Shown: in pieces, positions 1 to 9,589 of the stretch | Numbering within the stretch: the first letter of the stretch is position 1 | How the letters are laid out: each line of letters starts with the position of its first letter | DNA from: a virus | Taxonomy: Duplodnaviria > Heunggongvirae > Uroviricota > Caudoviricetes | Virus record (IMG/VR): IMGVR_UViG_2909288124_000003 | Coordinates: 1-52,915 of that record | Direction: 5' to 3' (one strand) | DNA length: 52,915 nucleotides | Notes under the pieces: generated by a model | Databases searched by the model: none | What the model saw: only the letters and a program-made list of their open reading frames with translations | Told to the model about the DNA's origin: nothing | Program-made: the position numbers and the translations under genes

Positions 1-111
1 ATGATTTACATCGGTCTACCGCAATGGTCGCATCCTAAATGGGTGCGGTTGGGGATCACCAGCCTTGAAGAGTATGCCCGCCAATTTAACTGCGTGGAGC
101 GGGAAGAATAA
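1..111 (+). pseudogene. yecE: Host yecE (DUF72 family) 5' fragment, interrupted by prophage insertion
   Basis: Reads MIYIGLPQWSHPKWVRLGITSLEEYARQFNCVE then diverges into 3 codons and a stop. The same protein resumes in frame at 45251 after the att core. Confidence 0.7.
86..99. repeat. attL core: 14-bp direct repeat TTAACTGCGTGGAG, identical copy at 45243..45256
   Basis: Exact 14-mer found at both prophage/host junctions inside the yecE reading frame. Coordinates are approximate to +/-1. Confidence 0.6.
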
Positions 112-223
112 AATTCACTAAAGAACGCCCAAGAGCATGAGTTTTCTTTAGCTTATTCATAACGTTATAAAAAAGTTCATATGTAATTCGGTAAAGTTCA
201 TGCATAAATAAATGCCCCACTGA

Positions 224-272
224 TGCCCCATTACTGAATTTTTTGCCCCACGTATGCCCCATCAGATCACCG
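224..272. promoter_or_regulatory. Putative integrase arm-type binding sites (four TGCCCCA repeats in two pairs about 10 bp apart)
   Basis: aaATGCCCCActgATGCCCCA...ttTGCCCCAcgtATGCCCCA just inside attL. Two further TGCCCCA copies lie inside the int 3' end near attR. Confidence 0.4.
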
Positions 273-591
273 GACAGTCGTCATCCAGTCTGTTACGCGT
301 ATCGGTAACGAAATGGGTGACGACGCCGATCACCTGAAGCTCATCGAGACTTTCCCCCTCTATCGCATCACCGTCATGCGTGATGAACGCCTGTCCGAGA
401 ATCTTCCCGAAGTAGCTACGCCCTTCCATGGTGGTGAGCAGTATGTCGCCCTGCCGCACCATCAGCCCCCTGTCGACAACGGCTAATCCCTCCGACGTCT
501 GAATCACCAGGCTGTTCGAGGTCAGGCCGCAAATGTTGTCGGCGGTTAATGTCGCTGATACATAGTCAGCTGCCGGTGAAGGAAAGCCCAT
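262..591 (-). CDS. UmuD/LexA-type S24 peptidase-fold protein, UmuD'-like (begins at the position equivalent to the UmuD cleavage site)
   Basis: MGFPSPAADYV... aligns with UmuD GFPSPAADYVE and the C-terminal VFGVV(I/T)H motif. Start trimmed to the ATG 1 nt after the upstream ORF stop. The canonical GDSM serine motif is not obvious. Confidence 0.55.
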   Translation of the reverse strand: MGFPSPAADYVSATLTADNICGLTSNSLVIQTSEGLAVVDRGLMVRQGDILLTTMEGRSYFGKILGQAFITHDGDAIEGESLDELQVIGVVTHFVTDTRNRLDDDCPVI

Positions 592-592
592 A

Positions 593-832
593 TCACAGCC
601 CCCCGTTCGGATTGAACTGGAACCAGAGCTTGTCGTCGCCCTCTTCCGTCGATGCGTCACGGAACGTGCGCGCATTCAGTCTGATCCACCGGTTGGCCTC
701 ATCGGGTGACATGTCGTGGTTAAGCGCGGCGAGGTTGCGCACGAATGCGCTGGTCCGGACTATCTTGCGGCCAGACGGCTCGCGGGTGATCGACCTGTTG
801 AAAGCTGAGATTTTATCGTCGTAACGCGGCAT
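593..832 (-). CDS. Small SOS-regulated protein (79 aa), first gene of a LexA-box operon; function unknown
   Basis: ORF MPRYDDKISAF... with RBS AGGGAGGGAG, directly downstream of a LexA box. Its stop lies 1 nt before the UmuD'-like ATG. Confidence 0.45.
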   Translation of the reverse strand: MPRYDDKISAFNRSITREPSGRKIVRTSAFVRNLAALNHDMSPDEANRWIRLNARTFRDASTEEGDDKLWFQFNPNGGL

Positions 833-852
833 GACTCCCTCCCTAAAATCTA

Positions 853-872
853 TACTGTGTATGCATACAGTA
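853..872. promoter_or_regulatory. LexA (SOS) box TACTGTGTATGCATACAGTA overlapping the promoter of the 832..262 operon
   Basis: Perfect CTGT-N8-ACAG palindrome about 20 bp upstream of the ATG at 832, with a TTGATC -35-like hexamer upstream on the minus strand. Confidence 0.7.
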
Positions 873-940
873 TTTTTAATTCGAAGGGAGATCAATACTG
901 GTTATAACTATCAATCACCAGAACAGGGATTATTCGCGCA

Positions 941-2209
941 TCAGCTCGGGCTACTGTCAGCACCACCACCTTGTTGTGCGGCTTTCAGTTTCTGGTTGAA
1001 CACCGAACTTTCTGGCATTTCGAGACGCAGGTCTATCCATCGCCCGGCGGGAATATCCATCGGCTCACCTGCGACGATCATAGCGGTTTCACTGTCAAAG
1101 CGACGTTTAAAAACCGACACGATAATGGTTCCGCCCTGAGTGGATTGCGTCTCCACAAAACACAGGGGGTTGCCATTTGAATCCTGTGGGATTTCAATAG
1201 TCCAGCCGTCAGCGTGTAGCCCGACAGCGCCACGTATTTCATATACGCCAGTAGCAATTTTTTCCGCTGTAACGCCTTCCGCCTCCATATTGGTCGCGGC
1301 ACAGCCAGAAAGTGAAAAATCTTCGAGAAAACCAGCAGGCATGCCTCTGTGATCATTGGTAAGTCGCACAACAGGTGAGGCTTTTTTTATAAACCCGTTT
1401 GCATCAACAGTGGTTGTCAGATTGTCCAGCAACAGACGGGTTGTTGAAACCCCCGCAGTGCCGTATCCGGACATTACACGGATGCCCCTGGCAAAATAAT
1501 GCACGCTCATGAGAAACCACGTATCGTTTGCTCCCACCCATAATGTGGGCGCACTTTGTGGAATTTCATAGAATTCACCCGTCATTGGCAATATGTTCTG
1601 TAGGGTTGCAAGACTGAATCCCCTCATTTTTGCCACGACGTTATCAATCACAGATTCACTGGTCGAATTATATTCGGATACAGGAAATCCTTTTTTCAAA
1701 CCAAGCCCTTCACGTGCGCTGGCCTGGGTAGTACCGCCAGTACCGCCCTGCTTTACAGACAATGCTGTGGTCAGCCCTTCCAGACTGGTGATGTCTTTAT
1801 TTACCCCTTTTTTTGCCATGCTGCCAATGGAGGGGATGCTCATGCTTACACCGTTGATGGTGACCGTGATCATCTGGTTGGCTGTAGTGCTGGCGAACGC
1901 CTCCCATGCCCCAATGTTCTCATCGTACTCGTTAATGAGCTGGGAAATGCTCTGAGCCAGCCCGTCAACCGAGATATTGTCTGATACCAGAATGCCGTAC
2001 TTCTTGCCGCTCAGCGCCGGTGATGCAGCAGGCGTTACCGTCATTGACGTGGCGCTATTCACGGATGAAATCTGAAACAGCTGCACCGGGTTAGACATCA
2101 CGATAATCGTCTGGCCAGCGCGAACCTGGCTGGCGGGTGCCGTCCAGTTCGTGCCCGTGCCGGTGGCGCTGTTTCCGTTAATGGCGATGGTTCCAGTGTT
2201 ATAAAGCAT
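941..2209 (-). CDS. Putative side tail fiber / receptor-binding protein
   Basis: Long ORF distal to J. Probable start MLYNTGTIAINGNSATGTGTNW, rich in G/T/S/N as in fiber proteins. Confidence 0.45.
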   Translation of the reverse strand: MLYNTGTIAINGNSATGTGTNWTAPASQVRAGQTIIVMSNPVQLFQISSVNSATSMTVTPAASPALSGKKYGILVSDNISVDGLAQSISQLINEYDENIGAWEAFASTTANQMITVTINGVSMSIPSIGSMAKKGVNKDITSLEGLTTALSVKQGGTGGTTQASAREGLGLKKGFPVSEYNSTSESVIDNVVAKMRGFSLATLQNILPMTGEFYEIPQSAPTLWVGANDTWFLMSVHYFARGIRVMSGYGTAGVSTTRLLLDNLTTTVDANGFIKKASPVVRLTNDHRGMPAGFLEDFSLSGCAATNMEAEGVTAEKIATGVYEIRGAVGLHADGWTIEIPQDSNGNPLCFVETQSTQGGTIIVSVFKRRFDSETAMIVAGEPMDIPAGRWIDLRLEMPESSVFNQKLKAAQQGGGADSSPS

Positions 2210-2267
2210 ATTTTCTCCAGGCAATAAAAAACCCCGCCGAGGCGAGGTTTGCATTGAAAATCATGAG

Positions 2268-2501
2268 TTATTTACATGTCGTGCTTGTGAATGTGTTCGC
2301 ACTTACCCAGCGCCAGTTAAAGGGATATCCGGCCCGGTATTGCGTCTGGTTGTTTTGCTTTCGAACGGCGTAAATCATAACGGTATTCTCATGGCCACCC
2401 ATATATGCCGTGCCGCTGCAAATCGGTTTCTGTTTCTCAAGTACACCAGCGCAACCAGACAGCATTAAAGCGCCCGCTATGCAGATAATTAGCCTTTTCA
2501 T
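2268..2501 (-). CDS. Small lipoprotein, possibly Cor-like superinfection exclusion protein
   Basis: 77 aa with signal peptide and lipobox (LMLSGC). Size and position downstream of the tail genes match cor of phi80/N15-type phages. Confidence 0.4.
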   Translation of the reverse strand: MKRLIICIAGALMLSGCAGVLEKQKPICSGTAYMGGHENTVMIYAVRKQNNQTQYRAGYPFNWRWVSANTFTSTTCK

Positions 2502-2612
2502 TTTGATAGTATCCAGAGGTATTCAGTAGCTTCGAAGATACCAATACATAATCGATGGATATAATTGATTAGATAGATCAATATTATGTTATTGATCGCT
2601 AAAAACGATCAA

Positions 2613-3287
2613 TCAATCATAGGCCGCTGTATTTATGGCGGTTAATGAAATGCCAGTATTCGTTCCCCCTACAGGTGAACCTGTCCCAGTGGAGGTCCCC
2701 CCTGCGTTTATCCTCGTATTGGCCCCGTCAAACCTGCATGAAGAATAAGCATTTATCGTGTAGATAGTCGGAGGCTGGGTTGAATTATTCACATTGATGG
2801 TCTGACCCAACTGAGCAGGTGCAACGGCCCATGACCCGCTCAGCGTCTGGTCAATATTTATCCCGCCGTTTGCACCAGGCGTGCCAACCGTCTGCAGGTC
2901 TGATAGCACACGGGACTCATTAGTTAACACAAGCTTTCCGCTCGCATCCCATATTGCCAAACCCCATTTCGGTAATATCTGCGGGAATATGGCAAAAACG
3001 TACGCCGTTAAAGTGAAACTTTGGTTGTAGGGATTAACACCAACAACATACACATTACCGCCGTTCCTGTAAGACATAACCGGAGTGGGCTGTGCTGTAT
3101 TGGTGGTTTTGATAAAAACCATCACTGGGTAATCAGCGTTTAAAGCGATATTTTGAGCAACCTGCTGAGAACTGCCATTAGCAGAGGAGTTGAAGGTATA
3201 CTTCCCGTAAAGACAGAAAGGCGTTGATTGTGGCGTTACAAAGGGATTCCCGTTATCCATTAATATCATCGCGCCAAATTCGGCCAT
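2613..3287 (-). CDS. Hypothetical tail-associated protein
   Basis: 224-aa ORF between J and the fiber gene, G/N/T-rich. Confidence 0.35.
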   Translation of the reverse strand: MAEFGAMILMDNGNPFVTPQSTPFCLYGKYTFNSSANGSSQQVAQNIALNADYPVMVFIKTTNTAQPTPVMSYRNGGNVYVVGVNPYNQSFTLTAYVFAIFPQILPKWGLAIWDASGKLVLTNESRVLSDLQTVGTPGANGGINIDQTLSGSWAVAPAQLGQTINVNNSTQPPTIYTINAYSSCRFDGANTRINAGGTSTGTGSPVGGTNTGISLTAINTAAYD

Positions 3288-3589
3288 TATGCTTTCTCCA
3301 TGAAAACGACCACCTCACATTTAGAGGCCGGGTAATTACCCAGGCCCACAGAAGAGGCTGCGGTTACGGTTATTGTGTTCCCTGACGCGACAATGCTCCT
3401 CCCTACGCTGTTACCTCCTTCATCAAGTGAGAGCGCAAAACCGACCTTCATTCCTGAGGGTACAGTGAAAGACCAGCTGCCGGAGTTTTGTCCGGCGGCA
3501 AGTTGTATACGTCCAACAACGGAAACGGGCTTGATTCCGTAGTTGTTGGGGTTTCCCGAAGCATCCCAGGTCTGTATTCCATAAGCCAT
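3287..3589 (-). CDS. Hypothetical protein immediately downstream of J
   Basis: 100-aa ORF packed tightly after the J stop. Confidence 0.35.
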   Translation of the reverse strand: MAYGIQTWDASGNPNNYGIKPVSVVGRIQLAAGQNSGSWSFTVPSGMKVGFALSLDEGGNSVGRSIVASGNTITVTAASSVGLGNYPASKCEVVVFMEKA

Positions 3590-3590
3590 A

Positions 3591-6500
3591 TCAGAACACC
3601 CCCGTTAATCGGCCAACCTGCACTCTCAGAACGTTGTTGCCATCCTTGACGCTGATTGTCTGGTTGGTCTGCTTCATGGCTCCCTCCCCAGCTGTCGAAC
3701 CGTAGTTCTCAAACGTCCCGGACTTATCCAGTTTCCAGCCTACTGAGCCAGCCACATAGTTATTCGACTGGATGAAATTGCCGATTTTTGCATTGCTGAT
3801 GGTGCCGTCCTGAATGAACGTTTCCCGGATGAACGTCTGCCCGTTCTGTATCACGAAAGGCAGCGACACAACGGCACCGGCCTGCGTGGTAACAGCAAAA
3901 CGGTCTGCCAGAAAAATTACCTGTGATTGCATGCCGCCAGGTGTATTTTGTACCCCTATGCCCATACCTGCAGCGTAATACTGGCCGTTAGCGGCAACGC
4001 CAACTTTGATGTTGTACATCGCGTTTAGGTTGCCGTTTACATCTGCCACCGCCTGCGCCGTCTGGTTGATGGCTGCAGTCTGCCCGTTCACTGTCACCGT
4101 CAGAGAGTTAATCTTCGTGGCGGATGCCTGGGTGAAATCAGCCAGTGTCTCCGTCAGGTCGGTCGCGTTCGAAACATTCCCACCCGCAGACGCATCAAGC
4201 GTAACCAATGCCCGGGCAACCGCCTGGCTGGTATCGGCAATGGTGGTGTCTATCCGGTCAATTTTTGCGACATTGCCGTTATTGGTGGCAGTCTGGGAAC
4301 GGCGGGAAGTCACCTGCGCCAGGCTGTTCTGGATCACGGCAATTGATGAGTTTTTGACACCGCCGGTCATGCCGTCCATCGACACAGAAATCTCGTCGAT
4401 CTTCACTTCGGCCTGAGCCAGCCCGTCAGCGTTCTCCAGGATGTCTTTCGCCTGCTGCTCGAGTTCGTCGGCATGGTTTTTAATTTCGTCAGCCATGCCA
4501 GCAATTTTTTCGTTGCTGTCCACCGCGTTCTCGATCAGGTCTTTGAACGTTTCCGACTCTTTCATATCCTCCAGAATGTCATTAGTTATTTCGCTGACAT
4601 CTATCGAGGACGTGCCCATGATCCAGTCGGTCCAGTCCCCGGCGTTACCGATACGGTCAATCAGGCGCGCGCGGTACCACTGGCGAACGCCGGCAGGCAT
4701 GGGGCCATGCTGATAATCTGCAGCCGGGTACGGCACCAGGACCAGCAGTTCAGGATTGGCGTAGTCGGCAGTTGTGGCGCGCTGAATCTCTGTATAGGCC
4801 GTGTCGCCTGAGCCATCCGGAAATTTCCAGGTCAGGTCGATATGCCAGACCACATCTTCGGTCGCCAGGAAGTTGAGCGGAGTACCCGGTTTTCCCGTTT
4901 TACCGGAGAGATAAGTTGTTTCACCGTATCCCCATGGTGACGACGTATCCTGCGCATTCAGCGCCCGTACGCGCACGTCATAGCTGCCCGAATAAATGCC
5001 CTGAACCGAGAAACCCTGCGCGCTGGTAACCGGAACGTTTATCCAGTCCCCGTTGTCCTTACGCCACTGGGCAACATACCGGATTGCGCCCTCTACCTTA
5101 TCCCATGACACGTCCAGGCTTGCTACAGTCAGCCCCTGAGACACATGATCGCTCTCAGTCACCACGATATTCTTCGGAGCAGACAGGACGCTTATCGGCG
5201 TGACGGTGATCGGGGGAGACTCGACCCGAACGCCGTCATCGATGTAACGATATTTGTTTGGATCGTGCTGAACGGCCGTAATAGTGAAACCGCCTGTACT
5301 GTCGTCGTTAGCCGCGATTGAGGTGACCCTGAAGTACTGTATTGCGAGGTTATCACTGTCTATCGCCCAAACAGCGCCCGCCACAGGAACCTGACTGAAT
5401 GCCGTAGCCACCGTCACCGTTTTTTTATCGGCGCTCACCGCGCTGATTGTCCGCGTCTGGGCTTTTCCGTCGGGAAGGTTAACCACCAGCCGGTCTTTCG
5501 CCGCGTAGTCTATTTCTCGATCGAGGGTAATTTGGCGGCCGTTGGCCGCGCTTATACGGCCCCCGTTCTCCTTACCAGAGCGGAAAGGATCGGCGACACC
5601 GATAATTTCAGCGGGCAAAGGGATATAACCGTCCAGCCCCACGCCAAACGATACGGTCCCGTCTTTGGCATTGGAGAGCAATACCCAGCGACCGCGTCGG
5701 TGCGCTTCACTTTGCGAGGTGCAGCCGATTGCGGTCAGGGACGTCTGCCGGACGTCGTAACGTTCTACAAGCGCCGAATCGTAAACCCCCTCAACGGTAT
5801 CGCTGTAATGGTTCTGCGGATCGGACCAGGACACCAGGCAGGAGCTGTAGCGATTCTTGTATGAGCCGCCCGCATAAGTAAACAGCCCATCGATAACGTT
5901 TGAGACGTTATAAACCCAGTCAACATCGTCCTGCGGGACGTCTGCCTGGACATAAATCTGATCGTTGCCCCAGAACGTTATTCCACGAAATACCGCGGCG
6001 AGATCGTTAAGTACCTGCCAGGCGTCCTCCTGGCTCTGAATGAAAACGTTGCAGGTGAAACGCGGTTCGGTGCCACCGGCCCCGTCGGAAACCATTTCGT
6101 CACAGTACTGGGCGATTGAATACAGCGCCCACTTATCCACCATGGACGCATCCACGCGCGTGCCCATGCCGTAAATTTCATCCAGAACCAGATCGTAAAA
6201 GATCCAGGCAGGGTTATTGGACCATGCCATTTTGAACCCGCCGGACCATGAACCAGAATAGGTTCGGGTTTTCGGATCGTAATTATCCGGAACCTTAATC
6301 AGCTTGCCTTTTATCTTACAGGTCACTTTCGGCGCGCTGCCGTTGAATTGGCTGCTGTCCACTTCGACATACAGGAGCGCTGTTAAAGGATAACGAAGCT
6401 TGCTGTCGATGACTTCCGCATACGAAAACACCTTGAAGGCGTTAACCAGTTTCGAATTTGATCCGCTGGCATCAGCCGTAATACGCCTGACCCTGACAGA

Positions 6501-7082
6501 CCAGCCGGACGTGGATTTTGGCAGATCGATACGGTGGTCACGCTGATATTCCGTCGTGGTCTTTCCGTCAAACTTGCCGTTTACAACCGTTTTCCAGGCG
6601 CCGCCGTCCGTTGATAAATCGATCGCATACTCGGTGACCGTGCCCACCATATCGCCATTATCTTTATAGAGATACTGGACCGGAAGGCTGAGCTTGATAC
6701 GGATGGCATCCAGGGAAAGGTTTGTAAACTGGCGCGTCCAGGGCGCGGTGGTGGTGACAGTTGTGCCCACGGCCAGCTCGTTGTCGACCTGGGGCATCCC
6801 GGCAATATAGGTCTGGTCCTGTGTGCCCTTGCGGAACTCCCATTTCACGCCGCTGAAGTTGTATTCCCCGCTGTCGTTTGCCAGCGGCGTATCGTTGAGA
6901 AAAATGTTCTGAGCGGTCAGGTCGCCCTGTATTTCCCCCTCAGAAACGGCAATGAGCATTTTTAATTTTGCGACCGACAGCAGATCGTCAGGCTGCTCAA
7001 CCGGAGTATGTGAACTGCCACCTCCCCCTTTGGCACCCTGCAGGATGGTTTCTTGTTTAAGAAGCTGCATTTTTTCACCCAT
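3591..7082 (-). CDS. Tail tip / host specificity protein J (central tail fiber)
   Basis: 1163 aa with the lambda J N-terminal region; the length matches lambda J (1132 aa). Confidence 0.85.
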   Translation of the reverse strand: MGEKMQLLKQETILQGAKGGGGSSHTPVEQPDDLLSVAKLKMLIAVSEGEIQGDLTAQNIFLNDTPLANDSGEYNFSGVKWEFRKGTQDQTYIAGMPQVDNELAVGTTVTTTAPWTRQFTNLSLDAIRIKLSLPVQYLYKDNGDMVGTVTEYAIDLSTDGGAWKTVVNGKFDGKTTTEYQRDHRIDLPKSTSGWSVRVRRITADASGSNSKLVNAFKVFSYAEVIDSKLRYPLTALLYVEVDSSQFNGSAPKVTCKIKGKLIKVPDNYDPKTRTYSGSWSGGFKMAWSNNPAWIFYDLVLDEIYGMGTRVDASMVDKWALYSIAQYCDEMVSDGAGGTEPRFTCNVFIQSQEDAWQVLNDLAAVFRGITFWGNDQIYVQADVPQDDVDWVYNVSNVIDGLFTYAGGSYKNRYSSCLVSWSDPQNHYSDTVEGVYDSALVERYDVRQTSLTAIGCTSQSEAHRRGRWVLLSNAKDGTVSFGVGLDGYIPLPAEIIGVADPFRSGKENGGRISAANGRQITLDREIDYAAKDRLVVNLPDGKAQTRTISAVSADKKTVTVATAFSQVPVAGAVWAIDSDNLAIQYFRVTSIAANDDSTGGFTITAVQHDPNKYRYIDDGVRVESPPITVTPISVLSAPKNIVVTESDHVSQGLTVASLDVSWDKVEGAIRYVAQWRKDNGDWINVPVTSAQGFSVQGIYSGSYDVRVRALNAQDTSSPWGYGETTYLSGKTGKPGTPLNFLATEDVVWHIDLTWKFPDGSGDTAYTEIQRATTADYANPELLVLVPYPAADYQHGPMPAGVRQWYRARLIDRIGNAGDWTDWIMGTSSIDVSEITNDILEDMKESETFKDLIENAVDSNEKIAGMADEIKNHADELEQQAKDILENADGLAQAEVKIDEISVSMDGMTGGVKNSSIAVIQNSLAQVTSRRSQTATNNGNVAKIDRIDTTIADTSQAVARALVTLDASAGGNVSNATDLTETLADFTQASATKINSLTVTVNGQTAAINQTAQAVADVNGNLNAMYNIKVGVAANGQYYAAGMGIGVQNTPGGMQSQVIFLADRFAVTTQAGAVVSLPFVIQNGQTFIRETFIQDGTISNAKIGNFIQSNNYVAGSVGWKLDKSGTFENYGSTAGEGAMKQTNQTISVKDGNNVLRVQVGRLTGVF

Positions 7083-7112
7083 AAAAAAAGGTGCCGAAGC
7101 ACCTTTAAGTTA
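7083..7112 (-). terminator. Hairpin plus U-tract immediately upstream of the J start (attenuator-like)
   Basis: Minus strand reads AAAGGTGCTTCGGCACCTTTTTTT directly before the J ATG. Confidence 0.35.
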
Positions 7113-7124
7113 GTGGCCGCTGGC

Positions 7125-7742
7125 CTACTGCTGATCGCTCGAGTACATACCGGCGCTGACTATCGCTCCCCCTGCCTCAGTCAGACCGTAGGCCAGGGGG
7201 ACAGGATGCCCCATAGCGACGGTATTGACCGGCGCCCCGAAGGCGTAGTTAGGCGTGTTGTCCGTGCTGGAGGATTTACCCGCGCCGAAGGATGGCTGGG
7301 GCGTGAGCATCTGGACAACGCCCCCCAGCATCATCGACACTCCGACCCCTGTCAGAATTGACGTGGCGCTGATAGCTGTTGCACTCATCGCCGCGCCCCA
7401 GGCTGCCATGCTCGCACCAGCGGTAAAGAATGCAGCGACCAGCGCAACAGCCCCGACAACTATCTGCAGGACGCCCGAACTTTTGGCCCCCTCATAAACG
7501 GGCACGATCCGGTACACGCTTCCACCGCGGGTCATATCAAACTCTTCCAGCCCGATATTGTTGCCACCGTTAAAAAAGGCGAAACGGATCCCCTTCATAT
7601 GAGCTTCAGACATATATTTTTTGAATCCGGGAACCTGTGAACACATGGCCCTGAGCATCTCGCGCAGGTCGGCAACATCAAACTGAACGCGTTTACCGAA
7701 TTTTTTTGCCATTTTACCTTCGAGAATAAGCGTCTTAACCAT
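7125..7742 (-). CDS. Tail assembly protein I
   Basis: Lambda I-like size and position. Start trimmed to MVKTLILEG overlapping the K stop. Confidence 0.7.
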   Translation of the reverse strand: MVKTLILEGKMAKKFGKRVQFDVADLREMLRAMCSQVPGFKKYMSEAHMKGIRFAFFNGGNNIGLEEFDMTRGGSVYRIVPVYEGAKSSGVLQIVVGAVALVAAFFTAGASMAAWGAAMSATAISATSILTGVGVSMMLGGVVQMLTPQPSFGAGKSSSTDNTPNYAFGAPVNTVAMGHPVPLAYGLTEAGGAIVSAGMYSSDQQ

Positions 7743-8454
7743 GCATTCTGTCCTTATGCCTGACCACCCGGACCGTTCTGTCGCGATAATATTTTCCATA
7801 AGGCGTTCGCGAAGAAAGGTGCCCGAAAAGATGATGGAGAATGATGTTATCACCCACATATACCGCGGCGTGATTAGTCACCGATGCCTGCACACTCATC
7901 ATGATGATATCTCCGGGCTGCATTGCACCGGCGGCAATCTCAACGAATCCCTCACGCTCCCAGTTGTCGTCGTAGAGACGCTCCTTGCCGCTCTCCCACC
8001 ATTCGTAAGGTACTGAATAATTGCCGAGAACAATGCCGTATTCGCGCAGATAAAATTCACGGATAAGCGACCAGCAGTCGGCGTAACCCAGCACCCACTG
8101 CCGCCCGGCATAATCCCGGTCTTCACGCGGGGAAATCGTACAAAAATCCCCGTCCGGCCAGGACATGATCCCCCACTCAATCCCCGACCAGTCGCACTGG
8201 ATCCGGTCCAGCTCTGAGGGCACCAGCCGAACCACATCCGGATGGGAATGAATGAGCATGATGATCTCACCGCGCGCGCGGGCAGCGAGCTGGTCTTCCG
8301 GGGAGAGCGTGAATGTCTCCTCGGGTTTATCGGCAATGTTGCGGCAGGGAATAAAGATTTGTTGCTGGCCTGACTGAACAATCAGGCCGCAGGCTTCTTT
8401 GGGGTATTCAGCAGCGACGTGCTGACGGATAGCATCCAGCAATTTTTCACGCAT
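7735..8454 (-). CDS. Tail assembly protein K (NlpC/P60 and MPN-like)
   Basis: Lambda K-like sequence with an HSHP motif. Start trimmed to MREKLLDAIRQH just after the L start. Confidence 0.7.
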   Translation of the reverse strand: MREKLLDAIRQHVAAEYPKEACGLIVQSGQQQIFIPCRNIADKPEETFTLSPEDQLAARARGEIIMLIHSHPDVVRLVPSELDRIQCDWSGIEWGIMSWPDGDFCTISPREDRDYAGRQWVLGYADCWSLIREFYLREYGIVLGNYSVPYEWWESGKERLYDDNWEREGFVEIAAGAMQPGDIIMMSVQASVTNHAAVYVGDNIILHHLFGHLSSRTPYGKYYRDRTVRVVRHKDRMHG

Positions 8455-8456
8455 TT

Positions 8457-9194
8457 TTATTTCCCCTGCAGGTTTGCAGCCGGAAAACCGCCGAACGGCA
8501 GCGGCGCATCCGGGCCGTGACGATCCTGACAATCCTGCCGGCGGCCGCCACAAACATCTTTCGACGGGTCATCGGTCGGTGTACCGTCTTTGGTAAAGTA
8601 TTTCGTGCCGTTGTAATCGCATCCGGTCCCGCTTCGGTACCAGCCCCGCATACACCAGGTGCAGACAGGCGTAATCTGCCGTGTCGGCAGCTGCAGGCTC
8701 TGAATATCGAAAGGAGAACACAGCTCGAAATCAACCTGTACCCGCGTCTCTGCGGTTTTAGCATTGACGTAAAAGAGCTGTAAGCGCTCATCGGCCGGGC
8801 TGGCACCCGGATTACCGTTTTTCCAGTTGGCGGCATCGAGATACTTCGAAAGCGTGGTATGGATTTTGACCTTAGCCCTGACCATATCGTCATATTCAAG
8901 ACACAGCGCGGTGACATAGTTTCCGACGTTCCCGACGGACAGCGTGGGCGTTGGCTGGGAACCTGTACTCGATAACTCCATCCCCTTAAGTTCGTAGGGA
9001 TGGGGATCGTACTGGTTTCCCTGCCAGATAATGGCGGGCAGATTTTCTGCGGCGAAGGCTGCCCACCCCTCTTCCTGAATATTGTGCGCATGAAAACGCA
9101 GCACCTGATCCATACCGAATTCAGTGCCGTCGATCTCAATCAGCTGAATAACGCTGCCGGGCTCAAGCTGTTGTATGTCTGCCGTAAAACTCAT
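8457..9194 (-). CDS. Minor tail protein L
   Basis: MSFTADIQQLEPGSVIQLIEIDG... with the C-terminal cysteine cluster typical of lambda L. Confidence 0.8.
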   Translation of the reverse strand: MSFTADIQQLEPGSVIQLIEIDGTEFGMDQVLRFHAHNIQEEGWAAFAAENLPAIIWQGNQYDPHPYELKGMELSSTGSQPTPTLSVGNVGNYVTALCLEYDDMVRAKVKIHTTLSKYLDAANWKNGNPGASPADERLQLFYVNAKTAETRVQVDFELCSPFDIQSLQLPTRQITPVCTWCMRGWYRSGTGCDYNGTKYFTKDGTPTDDPSKDVCGGRRQDCQDRHGPDAPLPFGGFPAANLQGK

Positions 9195-9250
9195 ACTCCC
9201 CCCATAAAAAAAAGCCGCCCGGAGGCAGCTTTCAGTGTTTTTCGAGAAAA

Positions 9251-9589
9251 TCAGGGCGCGAACGCCTGTTCAAAAGTGAAGGCCACAGTGGCTTTTTTCC
9301 CGGTAGGGAAAGAAACGCTGAACGAATCGGCCTTCATTCTGAACAGCTTTTTTTCACCCCATGGAGTGGTCCACCAGAACGATTTAGTAACGTGAGACAT
9401 CAGGAAAGCGCGCAGCGCAGCCGCCTCCTGTCTGGTGCCCGTCCAGTCCAGGTTCCACGTTTCCTGTTTGTCGTTGATCCCCATCCCCGCTATCTGTTTG
9501 TAGCCATCCCCGAACTGGGCCTGCAGCGTTCGGGCTGTTTCAGTGCCCTGCGCTGTTTTTCGCGTGCGCCAGGTAAACGTGTCCGTCAC
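9251..9589 (-). CDS. Minor tail protein M
   Basis: 112 aa, lambda M-like, overlapping the H stop. Confidence 0.75.
   Translation of the reverse strand: MTDTFTWRTRKTAQGTETARTLQAQFGDGYKQIAGMGINDKQETWNLDWTGTRQEAAALRAFLMSHVTKSFWWTTPWGEKKLFRMKADSFSVSFPTGKKATVAFTFEQAFAP

Noticed and set aside
549-824. Plus-strand 91-aa ORF overlapping the UmuD'-like operon
   Set aside because: The minus-strand frames have a clear UmuD alignment, an RBS and a LexA box; the plus-strand ORF is an antisense artefact.
4006-6805. Multiple ORFs of 60-140 aa on both strands inside the J gene
   Set aside because: They are fully embedded in a long, confidently identified structural gene and have biased, low-complexity composition typical of alternative-frame artefacts.
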